Origin: Squalus acanthias
Taxonomy: Eukaryota
Length of the DNA stretch: 64,000 nucleotides
Assembly: GCA_030390025.1 (NCBI GenBank)
Contig: CM059431.1
Coordinates: 50,902,001 to 50,966,000 of the forward strand
Reading direction: 5' to 3'
The notes under the pieces were generated by a model, which had not been told where the DNA came from, made no database searches, and saw only the letters and a list, made by a program, of their open reading frames with translations. Within the stretch, counting starts at the first letter, position 1. Every line of letters begins with the position of its first letter. The position numbers and the translations under genes were made by a program. Below, piece after piece: positions 23,330 to 37,720 of the stretch.

Positions 23330-24310
23330 GCTGCAGGAGTTCCTCAGTGCAGTATCCTAGGCCCAACCATCTTCAGCTGCTTCATCAATGACCTTCCTTC
23401 CATCATAAGGTCAGAAGTGGGGATGCTCGCTGATGATTGCACAGTTCCATTCGCAATTCCTCAGGTAATGAAGCAGTCCATGCCCGCATGCAGCAAGACC
23501 TGGTTGACATTCAAGCTTGGGCTGATAAGTGGCAAGTAACATTCGCACCACACAAGTGCCAGGCTACCTCCAACAACTGAGAGTCTAACCACCGCCCCAT
23601 GACATTCAACGGCATTACCATCGCCAAATCCCCCACCATCAACATCTTGGGGGTAACCATTGACCAGAAACTTAACATAAATACTGTGGCTACAAGGGCA
23701 GGTCAGAGGCTGGGTATTCTGCGGCGAGTGTCTCACCTCCTGACTCCCCAAAGCCTTTCCACCATCTACAAGGCACAAGTCAGGAGTGTGATGGAATACT
23801 TTCCACTTGCCTGGATGAGTGCAGCTCCAACAACACTCAAGAAGCTCGACACCATCCAGGACAAAGCAGCCCGCTTGATTGGCACCTCATCCACCACCTT
23901 AAACATTCACTCCCTCCACCATCGACGTACCGTGGCTGCAGTGTGTACCATCTATAAGATGCACTGCAGCAACTCGCCAAGGCTTCTTTGGCAGCACCTC
24001 CCAAACCTGTGACCTCTACCACCTAGAAGGACAAGGGCAGCGAGCGCATGGGAACACCATCACCTGCAAGTTTCCCTCCAAGTTACACACCATCCTGACT
24101 TGGAAGTATATCACCGTTTCTTCATCGTCGCTGGGTCAAAATCCTAGAAATCCCTCCCTAACAGCACTGTGGGAGTACCTTCACCACACGGACTGCAGCA
24201 GTTCAAGAAGGTGGCTCACCACCACCACCTGCTCAAGGACAATTAGGGATGGGCAATAAATGCTGGCCTTGTCAGCGACATCCACATCCCATGAACGAAT
24301 AAAAAAAAAG
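23330..24310 (+). mobile_element. 5'-truncated CR1-group LINE
   Basis: GVPQCSILGPTIFSCFINDLP, LADD, YKAQVRSVMEY; the 3' end is attagggatgggcaataaatgctggc...aataaaaaa. Confidence 0.9.
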
Positions 24311-24399
24311 AAAATATTGGGAACTGATTGGTCTATGTTATCATATAATTAGCATGGACCAATAATCAATGCTAAAAGCTCACAATGGCATTGAATAAA

Positions 24400-24962
24400 G
24401 AAGTGAAGAAGTGATGCTTCAGTTGTACAAAGCTTTGGTCAGACCTCATCTCCATTCAGTTTTGGGCACCGAACCTCAGGAAAGATATATTGTCCTCGTA
24501 GAGGGTACATGCAGCTTCACCAGAATTATACCAGGACTTAAAGGGTTAAATTATGAGGACAGGTTGAATAAACTTGATTTGTATGCCCTTGAGTTTAGAA
24601 GGTTGAGGGGTGATCTAATTGAGATCATTAAAATGATAAAAGGATTCAGTAGGACAGATACAGAGAAACTATTCCCTCCAGCAGGGGAATCCAAAAAATG
24701 GGGCAAAATCTTAAAATAAGAGCTAGGCAATTTAGGAGGGAAATCAGGAAGCACTTTTTCAATCGAAGCGTAGTGGAAATCTGGGACTCTCTGCCCAAAA
24801 GGATGGGTCAATTGAAACTTTCAAAACTGAGATCGATAGATTTTTAGTAGGTAAGGGTATCAAGGGATATGGAACAAATCATGGTAAATGGAGTTGAGGT
24901 ACAGATCTAATTAAATGGCGGAACAGGCTCGAGTGGCTGAATGGCCTACTCATGTTCCTATA
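24400..24962 (+). mobile_element. CR1 LINE 3' fragment
   Basis: LYKALVRPHL...YEDRLNKLDLYALEFRRLRGDLIE, with 3' tail ggctgaatggcctactc. Confidence 0.88.
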
Positions 24963-25127
24963 GGCACACTGATATACAATATTACAGACAGAAATACCCT
25001 AAAATTAAGCTGTGCAATACTAGTGTGCGAATACTTAACACTTTGAAATTTTCTCTTCTCACTATTTTAGCAGAAACGTTAACACAGTAATATCCCACAA
25101 CTTAATTTCAGGGCCATGATTTTTTAA

Positions 25128-25175
25128 ATTATTATTATTATTATTATTATTAATAATAATAATAATAATGATAAT
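25128..25175. repeat. (ATT)n(AAT)n inverted microsatellite
   Basis: ATT run directly abutting an AAT run, centred at 25151/25152. Confidence 0.9.
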
Positions 25176-26799
25176 AGACACCCGACATAGAGTTTCCCAG
25201 TAATCATTTGCACATTATTTCAAATAAATCTGTAACAATTATGTCACAATCACTAATCCTCTTATGTGAATACCATCACGCATCAATGACCTACAGCACA
25301 CTAACATTGCTGTCTGCAATGACAGCTGCAGCAGCACAAAAACTGAACAAAAACAGGATATTTCAACCCCCCTCCCCCCCCCCCCCCCACAACACACATT
25401 CGTGAAAATAAATAATATATACTAAAAACACAATAAAAAATATACTAGCAACAGATTCTACAGTTGCAATCAAATCTTGGGGTTCACATGGTAATTATAA
25501 TGTACTGGAGCTTTGGTCTCCATGGTTTATGATATCATCTGAACCCCTCAATTAGATTACTGCTTTATAATCACTTCCAGGTATCCATTATTTTTGAAAC
25601 AAAGTTTAGCTTTGGAACAGTTTGAAAAATGCCTGGAACCAGATTTGCTGAAATATGTGACCTTGACATCTGACCCAAATCTTTGACCAACCATGCCCAA
25701 ACTTTAATGGGTTCAAGAGCTCTGTGTTGAGTGATTGGCCTGTAATTACAAGCTTTGACTCTAAAAGTTGTTTTGTAAATATGCAAGCATGCATTACTCA
25801 ATATAAACCCTTTGAGTACTGAATAACCTTTGTGAGTTTAAAATGTTCATGTTTTCTTTGCAACAACTTTCTTCCAATTTTAAATGCGGAATATGCAGAA
25901 TTAGAGGAATGTATGGAACAACAACGTCTTTTTAATTAACATTAAATGTTGAATGAACTGTTTAGCTTTTTTTATTTTTGGTGTAGAAATTCAATTACAG
26001 TCCTCAGAAGTGTTGCATTAGATTGTTCCAGTTCTCTGTTGGCATGACTTTCAATAAGGATGTAGATTTAACTTTACTTTGATGTCTGACTAACAAAAAA
26101 AACACTGTTCAGTTGATGGTGCTGTAAAACTATGCTGTTCGCATACTGATTTGTATCCTACATATATTATGTAATATATACGCAGTAAAGTGAATAATTC
26201 TGGAAGACCAGTCCTATAATACCTTCAACCATGCACAATAACTTTTATTTACCTACCTGAAAACACTTCATATCACCTACAACTTATATTTATTTATGGA
26301 AGAATGGCCATTATACACCCTGAGGACAATTGTTATCATTCAAGTAAATATGCAAGCAATGATATTTTAAACATTTTGAATTTCTTTACTGCATTGTGTA
26401 TATATTACATAAAATAAGAAATGTTAATAAGTTAGTTAATGGCATTTCTGGAAGCCTGAAGGGCTCAGATAAAGCAAAAGACTCAAAATGTGCTATTGTG
26501 GCTTAAGGTATTACCTGATGATGTGTAACATTCTTATCTTTTTCACTTCTTGCTATTCTATCTAGAATTTCAGCGCTAATGACCAGAAATATTAATACAA
26601 AAGCAAAATACTGCGGATGCTGCGGAACCAGAAAAAATAAGTTGGTTATGACCAGTAGTTACCACTGTTGCCAAGTGATTATTCAAGGGTACAAAATAAT
26701 GGGCAAGCATACAATTGCAACATTCTAAAGCAGAATGAAAAGTAAAAGAGATATACTGTAATTACAGCTGTGGATTATATTATTGTGTAAGCAGTTCAA

Positions 26800-27560
26800 A
26801 AGGCTGCACACATGCATGCGTACATGTGCGATTATTTATTTTGATCACCCTTTATAATAATGCGTGGAATAACAGTTATGTAATGCATTGAGCGGTAATT
26901 TGAAAATGCATTGTTTTAAGATCATTGACCTCACCAAGTTATTGGCCCAAACTTTTCTGTCAAAATAATGCCAAGGCTAATAGCTCTCACTGTTATTTAT
27001 GTGTAAATGCCACAGCAACTTTCAGGCGAAGAGAAACGTATGATTAAACGTGTAAATCGAAAAGTTGCTGTCGAAGATCCGCCGCTCTGCCATTAGCTTC
27101 GCAAAAACAGCATCTCGCTGTCAGGCTCCCCATTCAAATGCATTGAGCGGCACGAAGTTCCTGTACTTACACGGTAGACACAAAGTAAACTCACCACAGA
27201 AAGATAAGTCAAGTCATTTCAAGTCTAAGTACCCTTTTAACGATGTGGTAAGTGTTAATTACTGCCAGTCAACCTCTCTGGCACTGAAAGCTAACTATTA
27301 CAAGTGTGAACTCTCATTCCTTCAGGTTTCAATTGTGGTTGGAGATTCATTTTTTGTTACATTTTCTTCCAGCAACTTGCAGCGCAAAATATTGTCGGCA
27401 TTAAACCGGCAAAGGCAAGTCCAACAGTGGGCGCGTTCATTGCCAGGAAATTTGGAGCCTTTATAACACCTGCCTGACATTACTGTAATGATACTGTGCC
27501 TAGCAATTTAAATCACCAAATCGGGTCAACTGGAATGGCTTATTTTCAAACATATTGACC
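26800..27560. promoter_or_regulatory. Candidate conserved non-coding enhancer block
   Basis: Unique sequence with local CpG retention in a CpG-poor background, dense TAAT/ATTA, CATTG and TGAC-type motifs, in the gene desert 3' of POU3F3. Confidence 0.5.
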
Positions 27561-29139
27561 AACAATTTAGTGGCACAATTTTTCTGTTGTATTTTTGCAC
27601 TTTCATGTAACTTTGTAATACTTCATAATACATGTGACAGGTTTAAACAGTGCAAAATATATGCTAGAAATGGGGCTGTTCCTACCTTGTTTACGCAACT
27701 TCAGATATTCCATAGGGGGAGGCTGGTATGATAAAGGTGCAGAGAGATTAAATAGTGTTCCACTCAAAAATAAATGAAGTAAATCAAACATTATGATGAG
27801 GTGCAGATATAATTTATTAATCTGCCAAACAGTCAACAAATGATCTATACATCTGAAAGACTAATGTTTTCATTGCTTTGTGTGTTGGAGGGTGTGCGTA
27901 AGAATTTTTGTTTTAATTTTAAATTGCACAAAATATCTTTATTCAGACAGCAGTAAAGTGTGCTGCACTTGCTTCCAGTGACATCTCCACTGATATGATA
28001 CATTTTAGCTTCTATTTCACCCAAATTCATTACATTGCAATTTAACTCCTGCATACCATAGACCAGGTGCTAATAATCAGCAGTGCAAAAAGGTGCAAAA
28101 TATTGAAAAATAACATGATTGGATAGGGATGTATAAGTTCTGCAAAGCCATGCATGCATACTTTTAGTTCAAAGCACACATGCTTTTCTAAAATCTAGTT
28201 CTGACTGATCTCCTGGTCAGCTACTTTTCTTAAATCATTTAAGAATTGATGTGGAAGAACTTGTTCAGTAAACATGGAAGTCCTGATTTCTGTCCTTTGC
28301 TATCAGAAAATATGACTGAGAGTCATCAGCATGCGCCCTAATATGAACTATCACTATTGTTTCCAAGTGACTGCTTCACCTCTAAAAATGCCACAAGTCA
28401 TTATTGTTTGCCATGAAGGTGCTGGCGCTATTTCTTGTTGCTACCATCCTCTGAACATCTTCATTCAGCAAAGTAAAACATTTCATGTTGAGATGATGGA
28501 TGGAGAGAGTAAAGATGAGACTTTCTTCATTAAATCTATTCAAATCCATATTGCAAAGAATCTTCATAGGGAATCAAATAAAAATGGATGCATTTGTTTT
28601 GGTATGGTGAATGTCATAATTATGTATTAATATCAAAAAGCTACTATGAGGCAAAGCACCTTTATGTATAAACATAGCTTGAACACAAAATAATACACGA
28701 TGAGTCATTAAATATAATGTAATTAAAACTACATTACACCATAGTTTTTATTTGCCATTACAGGAAATTTTAAGGATCCCAAGGGCACACAGTTCAGTTC
28801 CAATGTACTATGCCATGGAATGTTAAGACCAGTTGGGAGGGAGGATAATCAGAGGATCATTCACCTCCTACAAACCAGTTATACAGCCCCATTGATAGAG
28901 GTTGGCAGTAGGCTACTCTCCCAGCCTTTGGCTAGTGATGGTATGGTTACCAGTCTCCAAGAAAAGGGAATAGAGAAAATAATAAATAGTTCACCAAAAT
29001 AAGAAAAGAAAATAATGAGCTCCTTGGGAATAAAACTGTGATGCTAGCCTACAGACACTAATATTGCTACCAGAAATTTCTAGGTTATAGGTTTTTGAAA
29101 CAATAAAGTAGAATCGTATTGATTTTACAAGTGTTAGGT

Positions 29140-29640
29140 TGGCTGAGTTAGTATATTTTCACCTCTGATATGAGTTCAAGCCCCACTCCCAAAATTAAGC
29201 ATGTGATCTAGGCTGAAACCTCAGTTCAGAACTGAAGAAATGCTCTACTGCCAGAGATAGTGTCCTTCGTATGAGATTTTTAACTTGAGGCTTGGTCAGG
29301 TGGATGATTAGGATCCCATGGCACTATTCAAAGAAGGGAGCTCTCCTTGTGTCCTGGCCAATATATCTACCAATATCCCTACCTACCTACACCACCCAAT
29401 TAAGAGCATCTTGTTGCTGTTTGTAGGATTTTGATGTGTGAAAAATTGCAGTAACAACAACCCTGCACTTCAAAGTAATTCACTTTGAGATTTAATAAGA
29501 CATGTGGATTCATTGAATAACCAAGGAAATAAAGAACTTTATGAGGCTCTCAGGACATCCCAATGTGTTTCACAGCAAACAACTTATATTTAAACAACAA
29601 TCACTGTTGTTATGTAGGCAAATGTGTCAGCCAATTGATA
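29140..29640. mobile_element. Degenerate Deu-domain SINE (+) followed by an inverted fragment
   Basis: B-box-like gagttcaagccc, caggtggatg...gatcccatggcactatt, gtgtcctggccaa and ttgctgtttgtagga. The segment 29530-29640 resembles 7160-7290. Confidence 0.6.
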
Positions 29641-32349
29641 CAATTATTCTCCAACTACCAAAATTACATCTCTTTCCCAAGTCTTATTTTTTCAATCACT
29701 GACTGTTGAAAGACTCTATTCTTGTCTCCTATCTTTTCGATGCATTATCAAACTGTTGTTTCTACTAATTTTTTCAGATTCTATTTCTCACAATGGTTTG
29801 TAAGGAAACCTATTTTCTACTGATAATATACTTTGATGAAACCGTAGATAAAGTTACAGCCCAAAGTACGGAAGAGAACATATGTGTCATGAAGGCTAAT
29901 ACAACCAGTAACCTCCTTTCTTAGTGCAATCCGATCAACTATTGGAGAGCTTTTAGGGAATGCCACTATTGCATAGCAAGAATTCTGAATTATGCTGCAA
30001 TTAAGTTCTAGAGAACTACAAAACATAATTTGACACAATGGATTAAACCTTTGTATAAGTGCCTAGAATGGATTGTTGTTGTGATAATGTGAGGGTACAT
30101 GTTTTTACATTAAATGCTCCTTTGTCTTCAAAGGTGCCAGAGATAAGGGCCCGATACCTATAGTTTTTGAAATTTCTAGAACGGTGCCATTAACAAAAAT
30201 GATCTGAATTCTTTTTCGTAGAAGATTTAAGAAGATTAAAAGAAAATCATTGGGCCTATCAGGTGTAAATGAATACATTTCCCTTAACTGCAGGATGTCC
30301 AAATTTAGTAGCTTAACATGTGTTTGTGTTTATCCTGAACAAAATTCCTTTTTTAGTTTCTCATACCTCAAATGAAACAATATCCCTTTCTGCAAGCTGT
30401 TTATCAAAAGGAACTAAACGAGGGCTGCAATTATACTGACCTGCAACTGGTAGCTGTAAAGCTGTACCTGGCTGTGATTTGCAGTCTGCCTGTTAGGAGG
30501 GTGCTCTGTTCATGTGTGCTTACACGTATGTGCAGGCTTCCCTCTCTTCTGGGATTATCTTAATTTTGGAAGAAATAATAATAGTCACAGTAAAGAATGG
30601 GGTCAATATCAGCAGTTCCAGAATTTACAGACAGGATACTTCCTGGTGACTTAATTTTTCAGAAGCTGTTGTTAGGTTTATATCAGAATGGGACATCCCA
30701 GTTGACTGGCTAGGACTTTTCTCAGGATATTCTCAACAAATTTCCTAAAGATTCTTTTGTAAGTGCTTCTTTTCTGTCCCGTTGGGATAAAACTCGACAA
30801 GACACTTCCGAAAGAACATTGGGCAAAGAGTCCCTTGGGGGATAAACAAACATATGATCTGAAATGAGTTGGTCACTAAGGATGCAGGTCAGTCTGGTTT
30901 GACAGCGAGACCAGACCGCACCAGTCTGTAAAGAGTATCCAGGCAGAGGTAGAAACTGCTAAAATCAGGGGTGGGGTGGTCACCTGAGGATTATGAAGCT
31001 GGCTCTGTGACTACATCCTCTCAAAGCTTATACAAAACAAACTGAAATATGGGCAATGAGGGAATGTAGACAAGAGTGGCATAAAACAGATGTCTTGATC
31101 TTTGTACTGATCTCCTTAGAGATTTTAGGCCATGGAAATAATAAATGGACCGAACCAACATGCTGATGACTCAATGCTGGACACTTCTGAGGATTGGGCA
31201 ACTTGCATTTCTGAAATTTCTGTGTTTTCTTCCTGCACCAAGAAAAATTAAAAGATGGTGCGATACTGAAAAGATTGAACTAATAATTAATATTTTTAGG
31301 TCATCCCTTTAAGACACAAAGTGAAGTCACTACTATCTGTAAGAAATCTGGAACTAAAAAGGGCCATGCACAAAAAGAATAAATGGCAATGGCAACCCTA
31401 ACTTTTGAATGTGCAGTTGAAAGGTAAATGGTCTGAAAGACAGGATAACTGGCAGGTGTAGAGAGAAGTGACTCTAGACAGCAATAGGTGGCACTGTGAG
31501 GATGGAATGCAATATATCTCTAATGTGTTAGTGAGAGTGACCTTCTGGTATCCAATTTCCCAATAATTGGAAAAAGAGCAGGATAAATGTGGCTATTCAA
31601 AAACAACAATGTATAGTAGTGGCTTGGTACAAAGAAATAGGGTGAGGTGAAATAGAGGAAAATAAGGAACTTACCTAGAGGTTGAAAATGAGGGTCCAAC
31701 AGGTCCAGCTCTGAATGCTTGACATAATTTGTTCTTTCACTGAGAGCAAATTTGTTGGGGTGATTCCCAGGTTTTGACAAGAAAGGTTCATTGACTACTT
31801 GAAGACCCTGAAAGGAAGTCCATGATATGGGCAGTACATAGAGACAAACTTTCAGCCAGTAAAAAAGTGAGGGCAACCAGCTCAACATATAACTTAAAGC
31901 CTGTAGCACACAAATTACTCTCTGACAATCTTACTTACATATATCACTGTTCAAGATATTTCAATGGCTATTTTCTCCCATATGCTCCTGAATTTACCAT
32001 ATGCCATACATAAATAAGGCTCAGATTTGAATCACTTTTTTCTGAGGATGTTTTTCTTCAAGGTAAGGGATGTCAATACCAGGGAATGGAAAATAGTGCC
32101 TGGTGTCAGCGTCAAAGTGCTACTAGATCAGGAACAGTGTGGGCTAGATGCAGAGTAAACCCCATTCCTTTGCCTTAGTAATGTGCGTTAACCCTAAACT
32201 CAGAAGAGAGTGCTCCTTATTGCATCAGTGTGAATTTTACATCGCCTGGGTGGACTTGCCAATTTCTGCTAGATTATCACCAGTTTTGTTCTGTGATGCC
32301 ACACCAATTGAGAACTGGTTTAAATTTACTTCATATAGGGGCCATAAAA

Positions 32350-32730
32350 CATCTTACTAAGTCTGCCAGAAATGTCTAGCAATGCTTCACATACAATGAA
32401 TGATTTTGGAACAGTCACTATTGTTGTATAGGGGAGTGCAGCAGCCATTTTGCAACACCAGGACCATACAGCAATGAAATGAATGACCAGTTAATGTGTT
32501 TTTAATAATGTTGGTTAACGGAAGAATGTTAGCCAGGACACTGGGAGAGCTCCCTGCAATTCTTTGAATAATGCAAAGAAATCATTAGCGCCAACCTGAA
32601 TCACTGAAATAGGCAAATGGGGCTTCAGTTTACTGTCCGGTGTGAATCAGGGCACCTCCAACTATGATGGCACCTCCTTAGTACTGTACTGGAGTGCCAG
32701 CCTATAGTACTCAGGTCACGGAGCTAGGCT
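32350..32730 (-). mobile_element. Degenerate Deu-domain SINE
   Basis: Collinear similarity to 7200-7340 (gtcactattgttgtataggg...gcagccattttgca...acagcaatg...aatgaccag), then ttagccaggacactgggagagctcc. Confidence 0.6.
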
Positions 32731-32994
32731 CCATATAGATAAACGATACAGTGTGCTTGCCTATGGTGCCATCCAATTCGTACAAAGTTGAATGTATCCA
32801 AACTTAGATGTCCAGTAGCTTTTACATTGCAAGATAGAAAGGTTTCAAAGATATCTTGGGTATTCTGTATATCTGTATAGAGTATACAGAAATGTTCATT
32901 TATTTCTCAGCACACCAAAGATTTTCATCGGTTCGGACTTTGGACTAAATAAATGGGGTACCGTTGATTCAGGTGTCACGTAATACTCATGTTA

Positions 32995-33010
32995 ACACTA
33001 GATGGCGCTA
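32995..33010 (+). promoter_or_regulatory. CTCF-like motif
   Basis: ACACTAGATGGCGCTA is close to the CTCF core CCASYAGRKGGCRS. Confidence 0.6.
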
Positions 33011-36000
33011 AAGACTTTGGAAATTAGTCTGAGGATCATCTGTTCCTTCTCCCGTCAGACAAATGTGAATTGGGTATATTTGGGAAAATATTACATTTAA
33101 GAACCGAATTTTTTGTATGCATAAGATGGCAGTGATATCTGAATTTTTAAAAAATAATTCCAGTGGCTGATGAATCTCTACTGTCATAATGTTCGCATTC
33201 TACCAGCACTAACGAAGGTTATTTGACTATTCAGCTTAAAACAAAATCTTAGTTTAATGTAATTGTTTATTACACACATATACTAAATTTATATTTTAAA
33301 TAGAAAAACATTCTGTTTTGAAACAAACTTACATCTGTAAGAATTTGCTACATTCAAAAGCGTGATGTTATACTATTTTAAATTGCCAATAAAGACGAAA
33401 TATGAGCAAAAGTACAGAACTTTAAAAATAAATGAGGTTTGTAAACTTTTTATTTGCAATTCGCAGTCAGTTATCAAATGAATTAATGATTAAAATAGTT
33501 TAGATTTCGACTATTCGTCAATATTGTATAATCCGTAATATGAATCTTTCGAATTGGATATTTAGTCTTTAGTCCTATTTTTCTAATTTGTATTTTCTTG
33601 TAAGCAGTTGCTCCAAACACGGCAGAGCTTCCTTGTGTCTCTGGGGACTGGTTTAGTAAGTGAGACCAGACTAGATCGTTAAGGATGATTGATGGGTCTG
33701 AATTTACATTCGTATGTATGGGATCAGACCAAACAAAAAGGAATCGGTATGATGAAGAAGAAACGCGGCGGAAAGCACTCATATTCACACTGTCCGAGAT
33801 ATTGCAATTGTCAAAACATAAATGCGTACCTTTAAGGATAAATCTGCAATTCTAGCGCGTTCTCCTTTAAGAATTCATTCTTTCCGCATGAATATTTAAA
33901 GCTACACTCACTGCATAGATGACGTTTGCAAAAATTTAAACAGGACCGGCGTTAACATCGAAATAATACAGTTTCACATGAAAATATACACAGGCAAGAT
34001 TCAAATTTGTTTTGTTTTTTTGCTACGAATTTCGACTTCATCTTGCATAATATTACTGAGGGGCTTCTGTCCAGTGCCCCCGCTCCTTTCTAGTTTAAAC
34101 AGATTTGTCGTTTCCATAACAAAGCAGAAACCCCTTCTTTCTGCAGCATCTCCAAAGACCTGTTGTAGACTTTGAGTGCCAGTTTAAATAAAGCAAACGG
34201 AATTTTCAGTCGGACTTCGTTATATGCAAGTGTGGTGACTCTGCTGTTTTAATTTGTTAGGGCGTTTATTGTGAAAGGTTGGCTGATTGGAAAATCTGCT
34301 AAAACATTTCAAAGTCGGCAGATCCGCTGCTGCTGAGCACGGAGCAGCCCAGCAATCGGTGAGTCAAAAGAAGAGACCAACTACATGCCCGGACTGTTTT
34401 ATTTTTTAATTTGTTTTTATTTTTTCAATCTATTTAACTCGGCATGTAATTACCGGAAAGGCTGAGGGTGAAAAGATTAGTCTCGCTTTAGCGCCTGGTC
34501 TGTTTAAAACTGCAGCATGGCTGGTCATTGTTTCTAAAACAGTGGGAATGATCGGCTCTAGAATCTCGCCCAATGCAATGTCCTTCCATGGTATGAGCGG
34601 ATAAGTACAAGACGTGGGTTTTATACACATCCACTACCTGTATTATACATTTTGAGTTTTCCAATATCTATTCTGTTGCGATAACAGGTCTGTTGTTTAT
34701 TTCACCGCCAAGGCTGTGTGACATTAAACCTTTCAATGACATTTTCTTGGGCTCTGTAATTTTAATTTCTTTAAAAAAAATGAGTTTTATTGTTCAAACA
34801 TTTCTGATAACTGTTTGAATTCTCAGATTATCAGCAAGGGGTTTTCTTCGAGCTCTGGGTCTGCGTTTTTATAGAAATCTGAGGCGAAAGGCCCTCATTA
34901 GAGACTTGTCACAAGAAAGTATGTTTAATCGTGGAGAAATTGAAGGAAGCCCCCCCATGTAGTTTAGATAAAATCCCTTTGCAATTAATCGAAACGGTTA
35001 TATGAACGTTTTAAATTGGCGCCTATCTAAAGTGCGCTCTGCTTGTTATTGGTAAGAAATACCATTGGGTTGGACATGTGAATGTATTAATGCACTGTAA
35101 TTTCCCATACGGACCAAGCATTTTATATTCAAAGTAAAGGGCACCATCTGAAAGGCCTATAAGACTTCAGATCAGAAATTTCTGTTATGGTATTAGTCGG
35201 ACTGCACGAATTATATATATTTTAAATTGCTCACCCTTCACAGAGAAAAGTTAGGTTAAATTAGACAAGATACGTTTTATTTTAAAATAAGGCCTTAGCA
35301 TGAAAGCCGATTAAAAAGTTAAGATCTCGCTCCCTCATAATTTGTTCAAATCTGTTGCATTCATCGCTGAATTTTGCTTCGAATAAAATGAAATGGTGCT
35401 TGGATTTGAGATACCGATGGGCGCAGGTTTTCTTAATTCATGTTTTTGTCTATAGTTTTTCTGACGACCTGTGAGATGATAGGACATGTAAAAAGTCAAC
35501 AAGGCGAGTGAGGGTTTGTACTGTGGTGATTTCTGTCACCTAATATGGTGCTAAAAACGAAAAAATAAGTTAGGAATCACATCCGTGCGAGGCGGGTTTA
35601 GCGTTTTTAAAGTGACAGCATACGAGGCTTTCGAAATCGGACAGAAAGCTTTTCCTTGGGCTTTCCTTGACATACATTGAAATGACAAGGACTCAATGTC
35701 GTTATGGTTGTTTTCTGATTTATTTTCAATTTATTTATTCTAAAATAAGTTTAAAAAAATCAGAACGGTCGCTTCGAGCTCAATATTTCCGTTTAAAATG
35801 TAATCTATACATAGGGACTAAATAATATGCCGATTTTCAGTTTTAATGCAGGTTATAAGACTGAAATATTTGCTATAGAAAGCGAGACCATTGCTAAAGA
35901 GTGAAAGTGGGCAAATGTGGCCTCGTAGCAGTTTAATGGGATCAGTGTCAAGCTCCACCGAAGGGGACAACTGCAGAAAGACGGTCACCATGGCACCAGA

Positions 36001-37569
36001 TAAACATGGAATCTCTGCAATCCCTCGGGTTTACCCGCAGATCGGCCTCCAGAATCCTTTATTGCGTATGATTCTACCTTTTTGATCATTATGTATCTAT
36101 CAGACTGGGACTTGAGAATCGGTGGTCACGGAAGGTTGGTCACACTGCAGAGGTCTGTGAGCAGGTCATTCAAGATCTATTGGCCAAGAATGCGATTCTA
36201 GACCATTAGTTATCCGTGAGAGGGTCATTTTCAGGAATGTTCTCTTCTCATTAGGTGTATCAAGTCGCACAATTTAGTGAGTCAGTAATTTTGAGTTGTT
36301 CTCGTCATGTTTTCGAAAATATTCAAAGTTATTAAAAGCTCCAGCGATACAGGATTCGAAGCTTTAACGTGCCACCGTCAGTTCTATACTTTAAAAAATA
36401 TACACGAAATTCAGGAATTTCACTACGGAAATGAACCAGTGTAGCATTAGAGCAGAGATTTTCACACCTAGCAGCCAAACTTGTCTTTTTGTTTCTGGCT
36501 GACGAGGAAAGTTTTGTGGTGTGGTAACCTTGCTCACTGCTTTTATGTCTGACACTTGGCAACTTAGGATTTGCCCTAGCGTGTTCTTCCAAGTCACTTT
36601 CTGACAAAGAGGTATTGGGAGGTCATGTGACATACTGACAGGTCACAGTGAGAGCTGATAAATATAGGCAGTCCCAAGTCCCTTGTCAGCCATTCGCTGG
36701 TCACTCTGAAATAGCGAGGCAGCTTGGGATTTGTAGTCGGTGAAATGAAGACGATGTAATTGGCATCCGCTAGAATCTGACACAAGAAGAACTTTTTATA
36801 GTCATTGAACTGAAAATGACCTAGTTTGCGTGGGGTGGATTTGATGCCACTTTTACAGGATAAATAGCAAGCGTGTTGAGTTTTTTTTAATGGGTATTTA
36901 AATTACAAAACAAAAGTGAAATTCGAAGACAATATCATAAAGAGACAAAAGATGAAAGCAGATCTCAAGCATTGTCAGTATTATACATATGTTATAATCT
37001 AAAGTGACCGTATTCTCATTGGGTGTTGTTCCCTACAGACACCTTGAAAGCTCTCTGCTATAACTCTCTGGGGATTGGCATCAATCGGTGGAGATCTACT
37101 GAGCAGGGATTTGTCGTTTAATCGTCAGAGATCCACTGGTAACGATCAGCCACTGGTGTCAGAGCCCGCAATCTCTCAGCAGATCCATTCTAATCCCCAC
37201 TCATCGATTTGTACGTTTTCACCTCATTCTGCACTGAATCCCTTCAGCTCAAAGTCAATCAGTCTTTCACAGTCTACCCGAAATCTCATAGCAGATAATC
37301 TCAAAATCGTGACCAACACTAATCTTCTGACACTTTGTGTAGGCTTTTAAATATTTAATTTATGTGTCGCCATCGCATATAATTGGAGTATTTATTTCTA
37401 GATTGCTTGTCTTTTGATTTAATGGTGTACGTCACCGATTCAAATAGTTAACATTCAAATAAACGACACATTAAAAATAAAAAGTATAGTTAATAGAATA
37501 AATGCAACCTTCTTATCAACAAACCTAACAGATCTAAACATTGACATGGAGCGCTCTTTAATATATGAG

Positions 37570-37628
37570 TATCTATCTATCTATTTATTTATCTATCTAT
37601 TTATCTATCTATCTATTTATCTATCTAT
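37570..37628. repeat. (TATC/TATT)n microsatellite
   Basis: Direct observation. Confidence 0.9.
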
Positions 37629-37654
37629 GTGAGAAGTGTGAAAAACGTCTCATA

Positions 37655-37720
37655 TTGCCGGCACAGACACGATGGGCCGAATGGCCCCTCCCTGTGCCGT
37701 AAATATCTATGATTCTATGT
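37655..37720 (+). mobile_element. Very short CR1/SINE 3' end
   Basis: gccggcacagacacgatgggccgaatggcccctcc...tctatgattctatg. Confidence 0.7.

Noticed and set aside
27065-27466. 133-aa ORF in the enhancer-like block
   Set aside because: Non-ATG start, no domain similarity and no splice support; better explained as non-coding sequence.
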